Source: an uncultured Gemmatimonadaceae bacterium
Lineage (GTDB): Bacteria; Gemmatimonadota; Gemmatimonadetes; Gemmatimonadales; Gemmatimonadaceae
Length of the DNA: 64,000 nucleotides
Reading direction: 5' to 3'
NCBI GenBank assembly: GCA_963817955.1
Contig: CAWFQK010000005.1
Location: 1 to 64,000 of the forward strand
Shown in pieces: positions 18,913 to 28,885 of this stretch. The position numbers and the translations under genes were made by a program. Each line of letters opens with the position of its first letter. The first letter of the stretch is position 1. The notes under the pieces are model-generated. The model was not told the DNA's origin, ran no database searches, and saw only the letters and a list, made by a program, of their open reading frames with translations.

Positions 18913-20484
18913 GTGAAGATAATCAACCGTTACGTACTGAAAGAGCACGTGGGGCCGTTCGTGTTCGCCCTGTCGGCGCTCACGTCGCTCCTTCTGTTGC
19001 AGTATATCGCCCGCAAGTTCGGAGACCTGGTGGGGCGCGGTCTGTCTTGGCAGGTGATCACAGAGTTTTTCATCCTGTCGATTCCGTTCACAGTGGCCAT
19101 GACGCTTCCCATGGCCGTGCTCGTCGCCGTGCTCCAGGCGTTCAGCCGCCTCGCTTCGGAAAACGAGATCACCGCGCTCAAGGCCGGGGGCATCTCCATG
19201 CGGGCGCTCATGCGCCCGGCGCTCACGGCGTCGGTGTTCCTGGCGCTGTTCATGTTGTGGTTCAACGATCAGTTGCTGCCGCAGGCCAACCACAGGTTGC
19301 AGACGCTGCAAGTGGCCATTTTCCGCACCAAACCCACCTTTGCGCTCAAACCGCAGGTGATCAACACGGTGAAGGAGGGGCAACTCTATCTGCGGGCCGG
19401 CAACATTGCCGAGGACGAGTCCGGGCGGCTGCGCGACGTCACGATCTATGATGTCGGCGACGCGCTGCACCGGCGAACCATCTACGCCGATAGCGGCGTG
19501 CTGAGCTTTGCCGCGAACCGCAAAGACTTGGCAATGCACCTGTTCTCGGGCGTCGTGCTCTCGGCGCCTACGAAGCAGTCGGGCCAGTTCAACCGCATCT
19601 ATTTCCAGCAGAACGAGCTGCGCGTTCGGGACGTGGCCAACCAGTTCCAGTCGATCGACGCCGACACCGCGGCGAAGGGCGACCGCGAGATGTCGGTGTG
19701 CGAGATGCAATCCGAGCTCGAACATGCCGACGCCCGCGTGCAGCGGGCACTGGCCGACAGCCTGATGATGGTCTGGCGGGCAAGCGAGAGGCCTGGCCAT
19801 CACACGCCCCAACCAAGAGACGTACAGCCGAAGAAAGCGGGCGGCATTGGCGCCGTCTACTGCGCGTTCGTCAAGAAATACCTGCACATCCCGGAAGCAC
19901 GCGCGGCCGAACTGCCAACAGCCGGCACTCGCTTGCTCCTGCGTCAGGACACAACGGCGAAGAAGACCGGAACAACACCGGTGCCGGCGGTAACGCCAAC
20001 GGTCACCACGCCGGCGCCCGAGGCCGCGGCGAGTGCCCGCGCCGACATGTACGAAGTGAACTTGCGCCTGGAGGCGGCGCGGCACGCCCGCAACCGGTTC
20101 GGCGTGGAGATCCAGAAGAAATTCTCACTCGCTGCCTGCTGCATCGTGTTCGTCCTCGTCGGCGCGCCGATCGCGTTGCGTTTTCCGCGCGGCGGAGTGG
20201 GACTGGTCATGGGAGTGAGCTTTCTGGTATTCGCGATTTATTACATCGGGCTGATCGGCGGGGAGTCCCTGTCGAACAACAACGTCATCACGCCGTTCTG
20301 GGCGATGTGGTCGGCGAACCTCATCTTCCTCGTCGTCGGCATCTATCTCATGAGCCGCATGGGCCGTGAGGGGGTGACCATGCGCGGCGGGAACATGGGT
20401 GAGCGGATCGACGCAACTCGTGCCTGGTTCGCGCGGCAGGCGCGGCGCGCCGGCATCAACCGTTCGGCCGAGTCCACCGTCTGA
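18913..20484 (+). CDS. lptF: LptF/LptG family permease
   Basis: IINRYVLKE, SENEITALKAGGIS, IQKKFS; long periplasmic insert. Confidence 0.85.
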   Translation: MKIINRYVLKEHVGPFVFALSALTSLLLLQYIARKFGDLVGRGLSWQVITEFFILSIPFTVAMTLPMAVLVAVLQAFSRLASENEITALKAGGISMRALMRPALTASVFLALFMLWFNDQLLPQANHRLQTLQVAIFRTKPTFALKPQVINTVKEGQLYLRAGNIAEDESGRLRDVTIYDVGDALHRRTIYADSGVLSFAANRKDLAMHLFSGVVLSAPTKQSGQFNRIYFQQNELRVRDVANQFQSIDADTAAKGDREMSVCEMQSELEHADARVQRALADSLMMVWRASERPGHHTPQPRDVQPKKAGGIGAVYCAFVKKYLHIPEARAAELPTAGTRLLLRQDTTAKKTGTTPVPAVTPTVTTPAPEAAASARADMYEVNLRLEAARHARNRFGVEIQKKFSLAACCIVFVLVGAPIALRFPRGGVGLVMGVSFLVFAIYYIGLIGGESLSNNNVITPFWAMWSANLIFLVVGIYLMSRMGREGVTMRGGNMGERIDATRAWFARQARRAGINRSAESTV

Positions 20485-21581
20485 TGAAACACTTCGTGCG
20501 GCCGCTCGACCGGTACGTGTTCAGCGAGTTCGCCAAGATCTTCGCGGTCACGGCACTCGGGTTTCCGTTTCTGCTCATCATCATCGATCTGACCGATCAC
20601 CTCCAGGGGTATCTCGAGCGCAGAATCCCATACCGCGACATCGCACTCAGCTACCTGTTCTGGATTCCGGACTCGATGTTCATGGTGCTGCCGGCAGCGG
20701 TGTTGTTTGCCACCGTCTTCTCCATCGGCGGGTTCACGCGACATGCAGAGGTGACGGCGGCAAAGGCGTCGGGCATCAGCTTCTACCGGCTGATCGCCCC
20801 GATCTTCCTTGGCGCGGTGCTCGCCTGCGGGCTCGACTTGGGCATTGGAGAGATGTCACCAAGCACGAACCGGCGGCGCAGCGAGCTACTCAACCTGGAC
20901 CAGGCGAAGATGGGTGCGGCCCGCTACAACTTCGCGTTTGGCGGCGAGTATGGGCGCGTGTACAAAGCCTTCGAGCTGCGCACCGATACGGGGCGCATTC
21001 GCAGCCTGCAGATCGAGCGGAAGGGATCCGGCCCGAAATACCCAACCTATGTTCTCACGGCCGACTCGGCGGTCTACACACCGACGTCGAACGCCCGCTC
21101 GCCGTGGACACTCCGTTCCGGCACCTTGAATGTGGTCGGTGATACGGGGCCTGTATTCACCATCACCTTTGCGGCGGCGCGGGACAAGCACTTCACGGAG
21201 CGCCCGGTCGAGATGATGAGCCGGGGACCCGACCCGCACAACATGCGCTACAACGAGATGACGCGGTTCATCAACGCCACGGAGCGGTCGGGCGGCGATG
21301 CCAACGTGTCGCGGGTGGAACGCGCGCTCAAACTCGCCGTCCCCGTCACGTGCATCATCATCGCGCTGTTCGGTGCCCCGCTCGCGACGAGTACGCAGCG
21401 TGGCGGTTCGGCGTACGGCGTGACGGTGAGTCTTGCGACGACGATCATCTTTCTCTTGATGATCCAACTCACCAGAGCCATTGGCACCCAAGGTCTGATC
21501 CCGCCCGACTATGCGGCGTGGGTCCCTGGCGCGCTATTCGGAATGATCGGTCTCATCCTGCTCGGCCGGACTCGGACTTGA
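20484..21581 (+). CDS. lptG: LptF/LptG family permease
   Basis: LDRYVFSEF, EVTAAKASGIS, AAWVPG. Confidence 0.85.
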   Translation: MKHFVRPLDRYVFSEFAKIFAVTALGFPFLLIIIDLTDHLQGYLERRIPYRDIALSYLFWIPDSMFMVLPAAVLFATVFSIGGFTRHAEVTAAKASGISFYRLIAPIFLGAVLACGLDLGIGEMSPSTNRRRSELLNLDQAKMGAARYNFAFGGEYGRVYKAFELRTDTGRIRSLQIERKGSGPKYPTYVLTADSAVYTPTSNARSPWTLRSGTLNVVGDTGPVFTITFAAARDKHFTERPVEMMSRGPDPHNMRYNEMTRFINATERSGGDANVSRVERALKLAVPVTCIIIALFGAPLATSTQRGGSAYGVTVSLATTIIFLLMIQLTRAIGTQGLIPPDYAAWVPGALFGMIGLILLGRTRT

Positions 21582-22423
21582 GTCCGCCGACGGTTGTGTC
21601 TCGTGAGACCGAGACCTATCCGGTGGTGCAGCGGGCGTTGATCCGCTTTTTCCGGCGCATCACTCGTTTCTGGATCGGTCTGTTTCACGACGTCGGCCAA
21701 CGCACCTATTTCCTGCGCGACATCCTGCGCGGCTTCGGTGATCCGGCCACGTACGTTCCGGAGACCATGCGCCAGATGAAGACGATCGGCGTCGACTCGG
21801 TCCCGATCACCGTGGTCGTCGCCGCTTTCATCGGCGGTGTCATCGCCCTGCAGACACGCTACCAGCTCCTGCCGGGCGTGCAGTTGTCGATCATCGGCCT
21901 GGCCAGCCGACTGATGGTGGTCCTGGAGCTCGGCCCGCTCCTCACAGGCCTCGTGCTCACCGGCCGTGTCGGTGGCCGAATGACTGCCGAAATCGGGACG
22001 ATGCGCGTCACGGAGCAGATCGACGCACTCGAGACGCTGGCGTACGACCCCGTGGCGTATCTCGTGGTTCCTCGCCTGCTCGCAGCGATGATCATGCTGC
22101 CTACCCTCGTGGTGCTCGCCGACGCGACGGGACTCACGAGCGCCTACCTCGTCTCGGTACGACTGACCGACGTGACCGCCGCGGATTTCACGACCGGACT
22201 CCGCCTCGGATTCGACACATTCCAGGTGGTTTACAGCCTGTTGAAGGCGTTCATGTTCGGCACGGCGATCTCTCTGGTCTGTTCCTACGAGGGTTACATT
22301 ACCGAGGCCGGAGCCGAGGGTGTCGGTCGGTCTACGGCGCGCGCGGTGGTGATCACTTCCGTCACGATTCTGGTGCTCGACGCGCTCACGACGCTCGTGC
22401 TTGCCCCACTCCTCCAATCATGA
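21578..22423 (+). CDS. mlaE: MlaE family ABC permease
   Basis: ELGPLLTG, GTMRVTEQIDALE, GAEGVG; TTG start overlapping the lptG stop (start uncertain). Confidence 0.9.
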   Translation: MSPPTVVSRETETYPVVQRALIRFFRRITRFWIGLFHDVGQRTYFLRDILRGFGDPATYVPETMRQMKTIGVDSVPITVVVAAFIGGVIALQTRYQLLPGVQLSIIGLASRLMVVLELGPLLTGLVLTGRVGGRMTAEIGTMRVTEQIDALETLAYDPVAYLVVPRLLAAMIMLPTLVVLADATGLTSAYLVSVRLTDVTAADFTTGLRLGFDTFQVVYSLLKAFMFGTAISLVCSYEGYITEAGAEGVGRSTARAVVITSVTILVLDALTTLVLAPLLQS

Positions 22424-23316
22424 AACGTCGCGACGAAGTCACCGTCGGCATGCTCATCACGGTCGCCGTCATCGTTCTGGTGCTCGGCACGTTATGGCTC
22501 GCGCGCGGTGGTCTCAGGCCCGGGTACCCACTCTACACGCGCTTCGCTTGGGGACAGAACCTCAAGCAGGGGCAGCCCGTGCTGCTCGCCGGTGTGAGCG
22601 TTGGCAACGTGGGCGACGTGAATCTCCGCCGCGACGGCTACCTCGATGTGATGCTGCGCATCGACGACAAGTTCACCGTGCCGAAGGGATCCACCGCCTC
22701 CGTCAAACCCGTTGGTATCTTCGGAGACGTCGCCGTCGCTCTGACGCCGCCCGTACCCGTACCGTCCGCATCGTACGCGGCCGGCGATACCGTGCCTCCC
22801 GGCCACGCGGCGGCGGATGTCGACGTCATCATGAGCCGCGTGGACTCGATCGGTCAGAACGTATTATTCCTGACCAGGGCGCTGCAGTCGCAGGTGGTGG
22901 AAGCGGGCACGCTGCGCGACATCCACCGCACCATGCAGTCGGCCGCCCAGTTTTCGGTACAGCTTCAGGGAATCGCAGCCGAGCAGAATCGCAACATGAC
23001 GGCGACGATGGCCTCGTTCCGCGAGGCGTCCAGTCACATGAGCCGGCTGGTCGATTCAGTGCAGGTCGAGGCAACGATCGCGAATCTCCGCCGGACCAGC
23101 GAGAACGCCGCGCGGCTGTCAGCAAACATCGACTCGACCAACGCGCAGATTCGCAGCCTGCTCGTGCAGGCGCAGCACGGCTCCGGCACCGTAGGAAAGC
23201 TGATGGGCGATTCGCTGCTCTATACCGACTTGCGGCGACTCGTCGCCCATATGGACTCGCTGGTGACAGACGTCAAGGCGAATCCCGGGAAGTACATCAA
23301 GTTGAGGCTGTTCTAG
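22420..23316 (+). CDS. mlaD: MlaD/MCE family protein
   Basis: N-terminal TM, LKQGQPVLLAGVSVG MCE signature, helical tail ending NPGKY. Confidence 0.9.
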   Translation: MKRRDEVTVGMLITVAVIVLVLGTLWLARGGLRPGYPLYTRFAWGQNLKQGQPVLLAGVSVGNVGDVNLRRDGYLDVMLRIDDKFTVPKGSTASVKPVGIFGDVAVALTPPVPVPSASYAAGDTVPPGHAAADVDVIMSRVDSIGQNVLFLTRALQSQVVEAGTLRDIHRTMQSAAQFSVQLQGIAAEQNRNMTATMASFREASSHMSRLVDSVQVEATIANLRRTSENAARLSANIDSTNAQIRSLLVQAQHGSGTVGKLMGDSLLYTDLRRLVAHMDSLVTDVKANPGKYIKLRLF

Positions 23317-23378
23317 GGACACGAGACACGGGACACGGGACAACGGCTGACTGCGTGCTAACTGCGCTAACTGCGTGC

Positions 23379-23616
23379 TTGGGCTCCGGGTGTTGACCGG
23401 CTGGATGTCGCTGGCTGCTCCGTAGCGGTCGGCCCACCGGTCGGCGAGTTTCGAGTTGCCAGTTGTGAGTTATGCGTTACGCGTTTTTAGCAACTCACAA
23501 CTCACGACTCACAACTGGACACCCGAACCTCGCCGACCGGCGATAGTGGCCGGCGAGCCAGGCACCCTGGCGCGTATGACCTGTATACTGACAACTCACC
23601 ACTGATCACTGATCAC
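23379..23616 (+). repeat. dispersed ~230-bp hairpin element, copy A
   Basis: Near-identical to 32486-32722 (-) and 39372-39582 (+); stem-loop at 23437-23540. Confidence 0.9.
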
Positions 23617-23699
23617 CCTCTCGGCAGTTCTCCGCGATCTCGGCGGACACGGGACAGCGAGACAACGAGACTGACCGATCTCTCTGCTCGGACTGGGCC

Positions 23700-24720
23700 C
23701 GCTCAGTCGAGACAGGATCGATCGGCGTGCGGAGGAGATGCACGCGTGTTCAGATGGAATTCCGGCCGATCGAGATCGAATGAGCGCCGGTCGAGCAGAG
23801 ACTCCGGCGCATCCAGCTCGCATCAACGCTTGATCAGGGCGGAGGCATTCCGGTCAAGATGGAATACCCTGGCGTCGAGGCCGAATGCCACTCGCGCCAG
23901 ACCGAACCGTCTCTCGCCAACGCGCCTCTCACGCGCGTTCACCCGCAATCCCCGCCCTGAGATTGCGTCTCCGTCACGTCGAATTCCCTCCGGTCGAGAT
24001 GGAACCCACGCCGGTTGAGGTAGAACTCACGCGCGTTCAGGTGGGACTCGCCGGTGCGGAGATCGGACGCCGCCGGTGCAAGCACGAACCCCTCGCACGC
24101 AAGCACGAACCCCTCGCAGTCAACATCGGACTCGCGACCGTATAGGAGGGTTCACGGCTCGTCTCGCTCAGATGACCGAGTGCTCACGACCAACTGCGCG
24201 CCGTGCCGGAGGGATCGACGCGTGTCGACCGAGGAGTCGTCGCCATCAACAGCAGATCCTCGGCCGTTGAGGCCTCTCTCACGCGACCCCACGTCGGAAT
24301 CACCCGCGTCGACATGGAATAGATCTTTGCCGACATGGAATAGCTCTTCGTCGACCTGCAATGGCTTCGTGTTCACCTGCAATAGCTCGGCATTCAGGAC
24401 CCAGTCGTGCGCGTACAGCAGGGATGGCTGACGCAAAAGGTGGAAGTGCCTGCTGTGCAGGCCCCACGCTCGACCGTCAAGATCGCATGCGGTCGTGTTG
24501 AGGACGGACTCCGCACCTGACAGGCAAGACCATCGCCTCTCACGCAGACACCGACCGGTTCACACGGCACGTCGCGCCGTCCCTCGATGACTCCGACCCG
24601 TCTGAAGGACCCTCCGTCGCTTTCGAAGACCACTTCATTGCGTTCGAAGACCACTTCATTGCGTTCGAAGACAACTTCGTCGCTTCCGACAGCGATTGCG
24701 GCACGTCTCACGTGCTGTTT
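23700..24720. repeat. degenerate 21-bp-periodic block
   Basis: Locally duplicated 21-mers (GCAAGCACGAACCCCTCGCAC; TTCGAAGACCACTTCATTGCG); no continuous ORF. Confidence 0.6.
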
Positions 24721-24788
24721 GTTCCTCATTTCACTCCGGCGCGTCGGCGCCCGCCGGCGTGCCGTTCACGAGACACGCGACACGAGAA

Positions 24789-24876
24789 ACTCACAACGCA
24801 CAACTCACAACTGGGACCTCGCCGCCCGCTACGGAGCAGCCAGCGACAACCAGCCAGATTAGAGCCCGGAGTCCAA
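24789..24876 (-). repeat. dispersed hairpin element, partial copy B
   Basis: CCGCTACGGAGCAGCCAGCGAC...CCCGGAGTCCAA shared with the other copies. Confidence 0.85.
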
Positions 24877-24896
24877 CAACGTTACCAGTACGTGAA

Positions 24897-26255
24897 CTAC
24901 CGCCGCCGCCCCACTGTCGCGTAGTACACCGGAATTCCCAGGAGAATCACTCCAAATACCGCCAGCGTTGGCCAGCGGCTGCTTTGGTCGATCAGCGAAT
25001 TGGCCAGCAGGTACAACGTCGCCAGGACGAACAGGATCGGGGTGATTGGGTAGAGCGGCGTGCGGAATGGCGGCTGATAATCCGCGTCGCCACGGCGGCG
25101 GAAAACGAAGATCGACATGACGCCAAGCGCATAGAAGGGCAAGATCGCCGTGACGAACGTATCGGCGAGCTGCTCGAACGTGCGCGCGAGTACGAAGGCT
25201 ACGCCGAGCACCGCAACCAATACAATCGAGATATAGGGCGTGGCGTACCGCGGATGAACCGCAGCGAGCTTCTTGAACAGCAGCCTCTCGTCGGCCATCG
25301 CGAAGAACACGCGCGGCGCCGTGAGGAGTGTGCCGTTCAGGGTGCCAAATGTCGAAAGCATGACCGTGATCGAGACGAATGCAACGCCGCCCGCCCCGAC
25401 CAGCCGCGCAGCCACGTCAGCGGCGACGAGCTTGGACACGCGCACCTCGTTGACGGACAACACCGACAGATAGGCCACGTTCGCCAGCAGGTAGATCACG
25501 ATCACCGCGACCGATCCGATGATCAGCGCGAGCGGCAGGTTTCGCCGCGGGTTCTTGACCTCACCGGAGACGAAGGTGAGGTCGGCCCATCCGTCGTATG
25601 CCCACAACACCGACACGAGCGCGAGACCAAATGGCGCGATGCTGAAGCTTCCCGGCGGCGCCGCGGGGGTGAAGTGGCCGCCAGTGCGTGGCAGGCCGAT
25701 GGCCATGGCAAGCACCACGATGAACAGCAGGCCAAAGTACTTGGCCACCGTCGTGATGTTCTGCACGAGTGATCCCGTGCGCAGCCCCACGTAGTTGAAC
25801 GTGGCCGTCAGGAGGATGGCCGCGGCAGCCAGGTAGTGCACCCACGTGTCGTGTGGCGCGACACTCGGGTCGAACCCCAGGACGCGCAGGCAGTACTCGG
25901 CAAACGTCGTCGCGATGGCGCCAAGCGAGGCTGCGCGAATGAGCGTCAGCTCCGACCAGCCGAACAGAAACGCCGGCAGTCGACCGAACGCGCGGTGAAT
26001 AAAGACAAAGATGCCACCGGTATCAGGGAATGCCCCGGCGACTTCGGCGAGTGTGAGCGCGCCGCATAACGCCAGTAGGCCACCTGTAACCCAGACGCCC
26101 ATCAGCGGCACGGGTCCGGGCAATCGGTTCGCGACACCGGCTGGTGTCCGGAAAATCCCTGAACCAATCGTCGAACCAACGACGACGGCAACGGCGCTCC
26201 AGAGGCCGAGCTGGCGCGGCAGCGCGCGGGAACGGCTGGGGGTGGTCTCGTCCAT
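24897..26255 (-). CDS. APC family amino acid permease
   Basis: IGSGIF, WAYDGW, EVKNPRRNLP; multiple TM segments. Confidence 0.93.
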   Translation of the reverse strand: MDETTPSRSRALPRQLGLWSAVAVVVGSTIGSGIFRTPAGVANRLPGPVPLMGVWVTGGLLALCGALTLAEVAGAFPDTGGIFVFIHRAFGRLPAFLFGWSELTLIRAASLGAIATTFAEYCLRVLGFDPSVAPHDTWVHYLAAAAILLTATFNYVGLRTGSLVQNITTVAKYFGLLFIVVLAMAIGLPRTGGHFTPAAPPGSFSIAPFGLALVSVLWAYDGWADLTFVSGEVKNPRRNLPLALIIGSVAVIVIYLLANVAYLSVLSVNEVRVSKLVAADVAARLVGAGGVAFVSITVMLSTFGTLNGTLLTAPRVFFAMADERLLFKKLAAVHPRYATPYISIVLVAVLGVAFVLARTFEQLADTFVTAILPFYALGVMSIFVFRRRGDADYQPPFRTPLYPITPILFVLATLYLLANSLIDQSSRWPTLAVFGVILLGIPVYYATVGRRR

Positions 26256-26460
26256 CAGCACATGTTAGCGAGGTAGTGGCGGAGAGGGACATCGAGAGAC
26301 ACATGTTTGATCCAGTGTCCATGATGACGAGGTGCCCGCAGGTGGGTACGACGGTGTAGCCAATTGTGCGGGGGGTCAAGGGCGGCGCGCCGTATGCACA
26401 GATTCCGCGAACGACGCATCGCACTCCATGGTCAACGGTCAAACACGGTACTTTTCGTCT

Positions 26461-26721
26461 ATGTCTTTTCATTTCGCCGAGGCGATTTTTTGGGTCGCCA
26501 TTGGGTGTTGTGCTGTCGCCCAACTGGCGATCCTGCATTCGGTCGTCGTTTCGCCCGTCCGTGTCGCTGGTAGCCAGCCGATATCCATGGGGCGTCGTTG
26601 GACCGAAATTGCCTGGGCGGTGATCCCTGGAGCCGCACTCGCCGTGGTGCTGGTCTTCACCTGGAGGGCCATGCACACCGTTCACGTGGTCATTTCTGCC
26701 GTTCAGGGATCCAGCACATGA
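26461..26721 (+). CDS. small two-TM protein resembling the cytochrome c oxidase subunit II membrane domain
   Basis: Two hydrophobic helices; EIAWAVIP motif; ATGA overlap with ctaA. Confidence 0.7.
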   Translation: MSFHFAEAIFWVAIGCCAVAQLAILHSVVVSPVRVAGSQPISMGRRWTEIAWAVIPGAALAVVLVFTWRAMHTVHVVISAVQGSST

Positions 26722-27986
26722 AGTCTGTGCGTCGGTTGTCGATCGTGGCGCTCATCGTCGCCTGTCTACACCTGGTGTTCGGTGCGATCGTGCGCATCTC
26801 GGGTTCCGGAATGGGTTGCGGCGACAACTGGCCGAAGTGTTATGGCTACTGGTTCCCGCCGTTCACCCGGCCCGATCTCATAGTGGAAGTGAGCCACCGA
26901 TACCTGGCGTCGATTCTCGTGGTAGCGGTGAGCGCGTTGGCGTTCGTGGCGTTTCGCAATCGCCGGACAGCGGGCGTGGGTGGCCGGGGCGGCCCTTTGC
27001 GGTCGGCGTTCGGCGCAGTCGCCGCGGTGTTTGGCGCCGCAATCCTTGGCGGCATCACGGTAAAGATGGGCAACGTACCGTGGGCGACCGTGGCGCACTG
27101 GCTCATGGCCATGGCACTTTTGGCCATGGTGACCGTCACGGCAATCCGTGCCGGTGCGCTGGGCGGATCGAGTGCCTTGGTGCAACGTGGCACGGTGAAC
27201 GCCGCACGGTGGGGGTTCGTCGCTGCGTTTCTGGCGATCTTCGCCGTGGCTTTCGGCGGCCTGACGGCCAAGATGCCCGGCGCGGCGGTTGGTTGCACGA
27301 CAATTCCGTTCTGTGGCCCGAACCCGGGCGTCGAAGCGTCTGGTGTCGACATTCAGATGACGCATCGCACGATCGCCGTGCTGCTCGGCATCGCCCTGTT
27401 CGGGACGGTATTGACGCTCCGGAAGCGGCGTGAGACGGAAGCACCAGTCGTCGTCACGGCGGCATACCTGGCATGTGGCATGGTCGTGCTGCAGATCGCC
27501 GTGGCCTCGGCAATGATTCTCTATCACTTGCCGATCGCATTGCGCTCGCTGCATGAGGCAATCGGCGTCGCCATCTGGCTGAGTTGTTTTGCGTTGGCGT
27601 ATCTGGCGCATCTGGCGGCCGTGAAGCGATCGCCGAGCAGCGCCGAGGTGGCAGAGGTAGCAGAGGTGGCACCGATGCCAGAGGTGCCAGAGGTGCCAGA
27701 GGTGCCAATCGAGGCCCCGCCAGCCGAGGCGCCAATCGTGGCGCCAGTAGTGGTGCCAGTAGTGGTGCCCCAGGTCGATCCGGTCACCATAAACGACGAT
27801 CGCGTGGCTGATGCCATTGTCGTCACGCCGCAGGTGACTGCAGCGGAGCTGGTCGAGACCGAAGCGATACCGGATCCGGATCCGGATCCGGCTCCGACTC
27901 CGACTCCGGCTCCGGCTCCGGCTCCGGCTCCAAGGCGGCCCGCACCGACGATGGCTGTCATCATCGCGCGTGGCGCGGATATGTGA
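26718..27986 (+). CDS. ctaA: heme A synthase (COX15/CtaA)
   Basis: GMGCGDNWPKC, EVSHR, QMTHR; acidic Pro-rich tail. Confidence 0.9.
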   Translation: MKSVRRLSIVALIVACLHLVFGAIVRISGSGMGCGDNWPKCYGYWFPPFTRPDLIVEVSHRYLASILVVAVSALAFVAFRNRRTAGVGGRGGPLRSAFGAVAAVFGAAILGGITVKMGNVPWATVAHWLMAMALLAMVTVTAIRAGALGGSSALVQRGTVNAARWGFVAAFLAIFAVAFGGLTAKMPGAAVGCTTIPFCGPNPGVEASGVDIQMTHRTIAVLLGIALFGTVLTLRKRRETEAPVVVTAAYLACGMVVLQIAVASAMILYHLPIALRSLHEAIGVAIWLSCFALAYLAHLAAVKRSPSSAEVAEVAEVAPMPEVPEVPEVPIEAPPAEAPIVAPVVVPVVVPQVDPVTINDDRVADAIVVTPQVTAAELVETEAIPDPDPDPAPTPTPAPAPAPAPRRPAPTMAVIIARGADM

Positions 27987-28876
27987 GCGATACCATCGTC
28001 GTCGGCAGTCCCGCGCGCGCGTTCGCGAAGGATCTCGTCTCACTCACAAAGCCGCGCATCATATCGCTGTTGCTCGTCACGACGATCGCGCCGATGTTCG
28101 TTGCCGGCCACCCGAGCTGGCTGCTCGTGGCCGCGGTATTCGTCGGCGGATATATGATGGCGGGGGGCGCGAATGCCGTGAACATGTACGTGGACCGCGA
28201 CATCGACGACCGAATGTCGCGCACGCGGCTGCGCCCGCTTCCCAGTGGCCGCATGCAGCCACGCGAGGTCCTGACGTTCGGCGTGCTGCTGTCGACCACC
28301 GCAACGTGGCTGTTCGCCGTTGCGGCAAACGTGCTGACCGCCGCACTCGCGCTGGCGGGCTTCTACTTCTACGTGTTCGTCTACACCCGTTGGCTGAAGC
28401 GGAGCACACCGCACAACATCGTGATCGGCGGCGCGGCAGGCGCGTTCCCACCGCTGGTCGGATGGGCGGCGGTGACGAACCGGATCGACCTGCTCGCCAT
28501 CTATCTCTTTCTCATCATCTTCTACTGGACCCCCCCGCACTTCTGGGCACTCGCGCTGCTCAAGCAGAAGGACTACAACCGCGCCGGCGTCCCGATGGCG
28601 CCACTCGTGTGGGGAGAGAAACAAACGAAGCGGCAGATGTTCTGGTATACCGTCATCCTCATACCGCTGACGATCCTTCCGTACACATTCGGCGTGCTCG
28701 GGTGGATTTACACGACGGCAGCGGCCGCCCTCGGCGGGACGTTCGTATTCGAGGTACTCCGTGTCGTGCGTGCCACCGAGTGGACGAAGTCGGCGTGGAG
28801 ACTGTACAAGTTCTCGCTGCTCTATCTGGCGCTGCTCTTCGCGGCGATGGTCGTCGACCGGGCGGTGCTCGGGTAG
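27983..28876 (+). CDS. ctaB: protoheme IX farnesyltransferase (heme O synthase)
   Basis: LTKPRI, DRDIDDRMSRTRLRPLPSG, WTPPHFWALA. Confidence 0.96.
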   Translation: MSDTIVVGSPARAFAKDLVSLTKPRIISLLLVTTIAPMFVAGHPSWLLVAAVFVGGYMMAGGANAVNMYVDRDIDDRMSRTRLRPLPSGRMQPREVLTFGVLLSTTATWLFAVAANVLTAALALAGFYFYVFVYTRWLKRSTPHNIVIGGAAGAFPPLVGWAAVTNRIDLLAIYLFLIIFYWTPPHFWALALLKQKDYNRAGVPMAPLVWGEKQTKRQMFWYTVILIPLTILPYTFGVLGWIYTTAAAALGGTFVFEVLRVVRATEWTKSAWRLYKFSLLYLALLFAAMVVDRAVLG

Positions 28877-28885
28877 GACAGGCTA

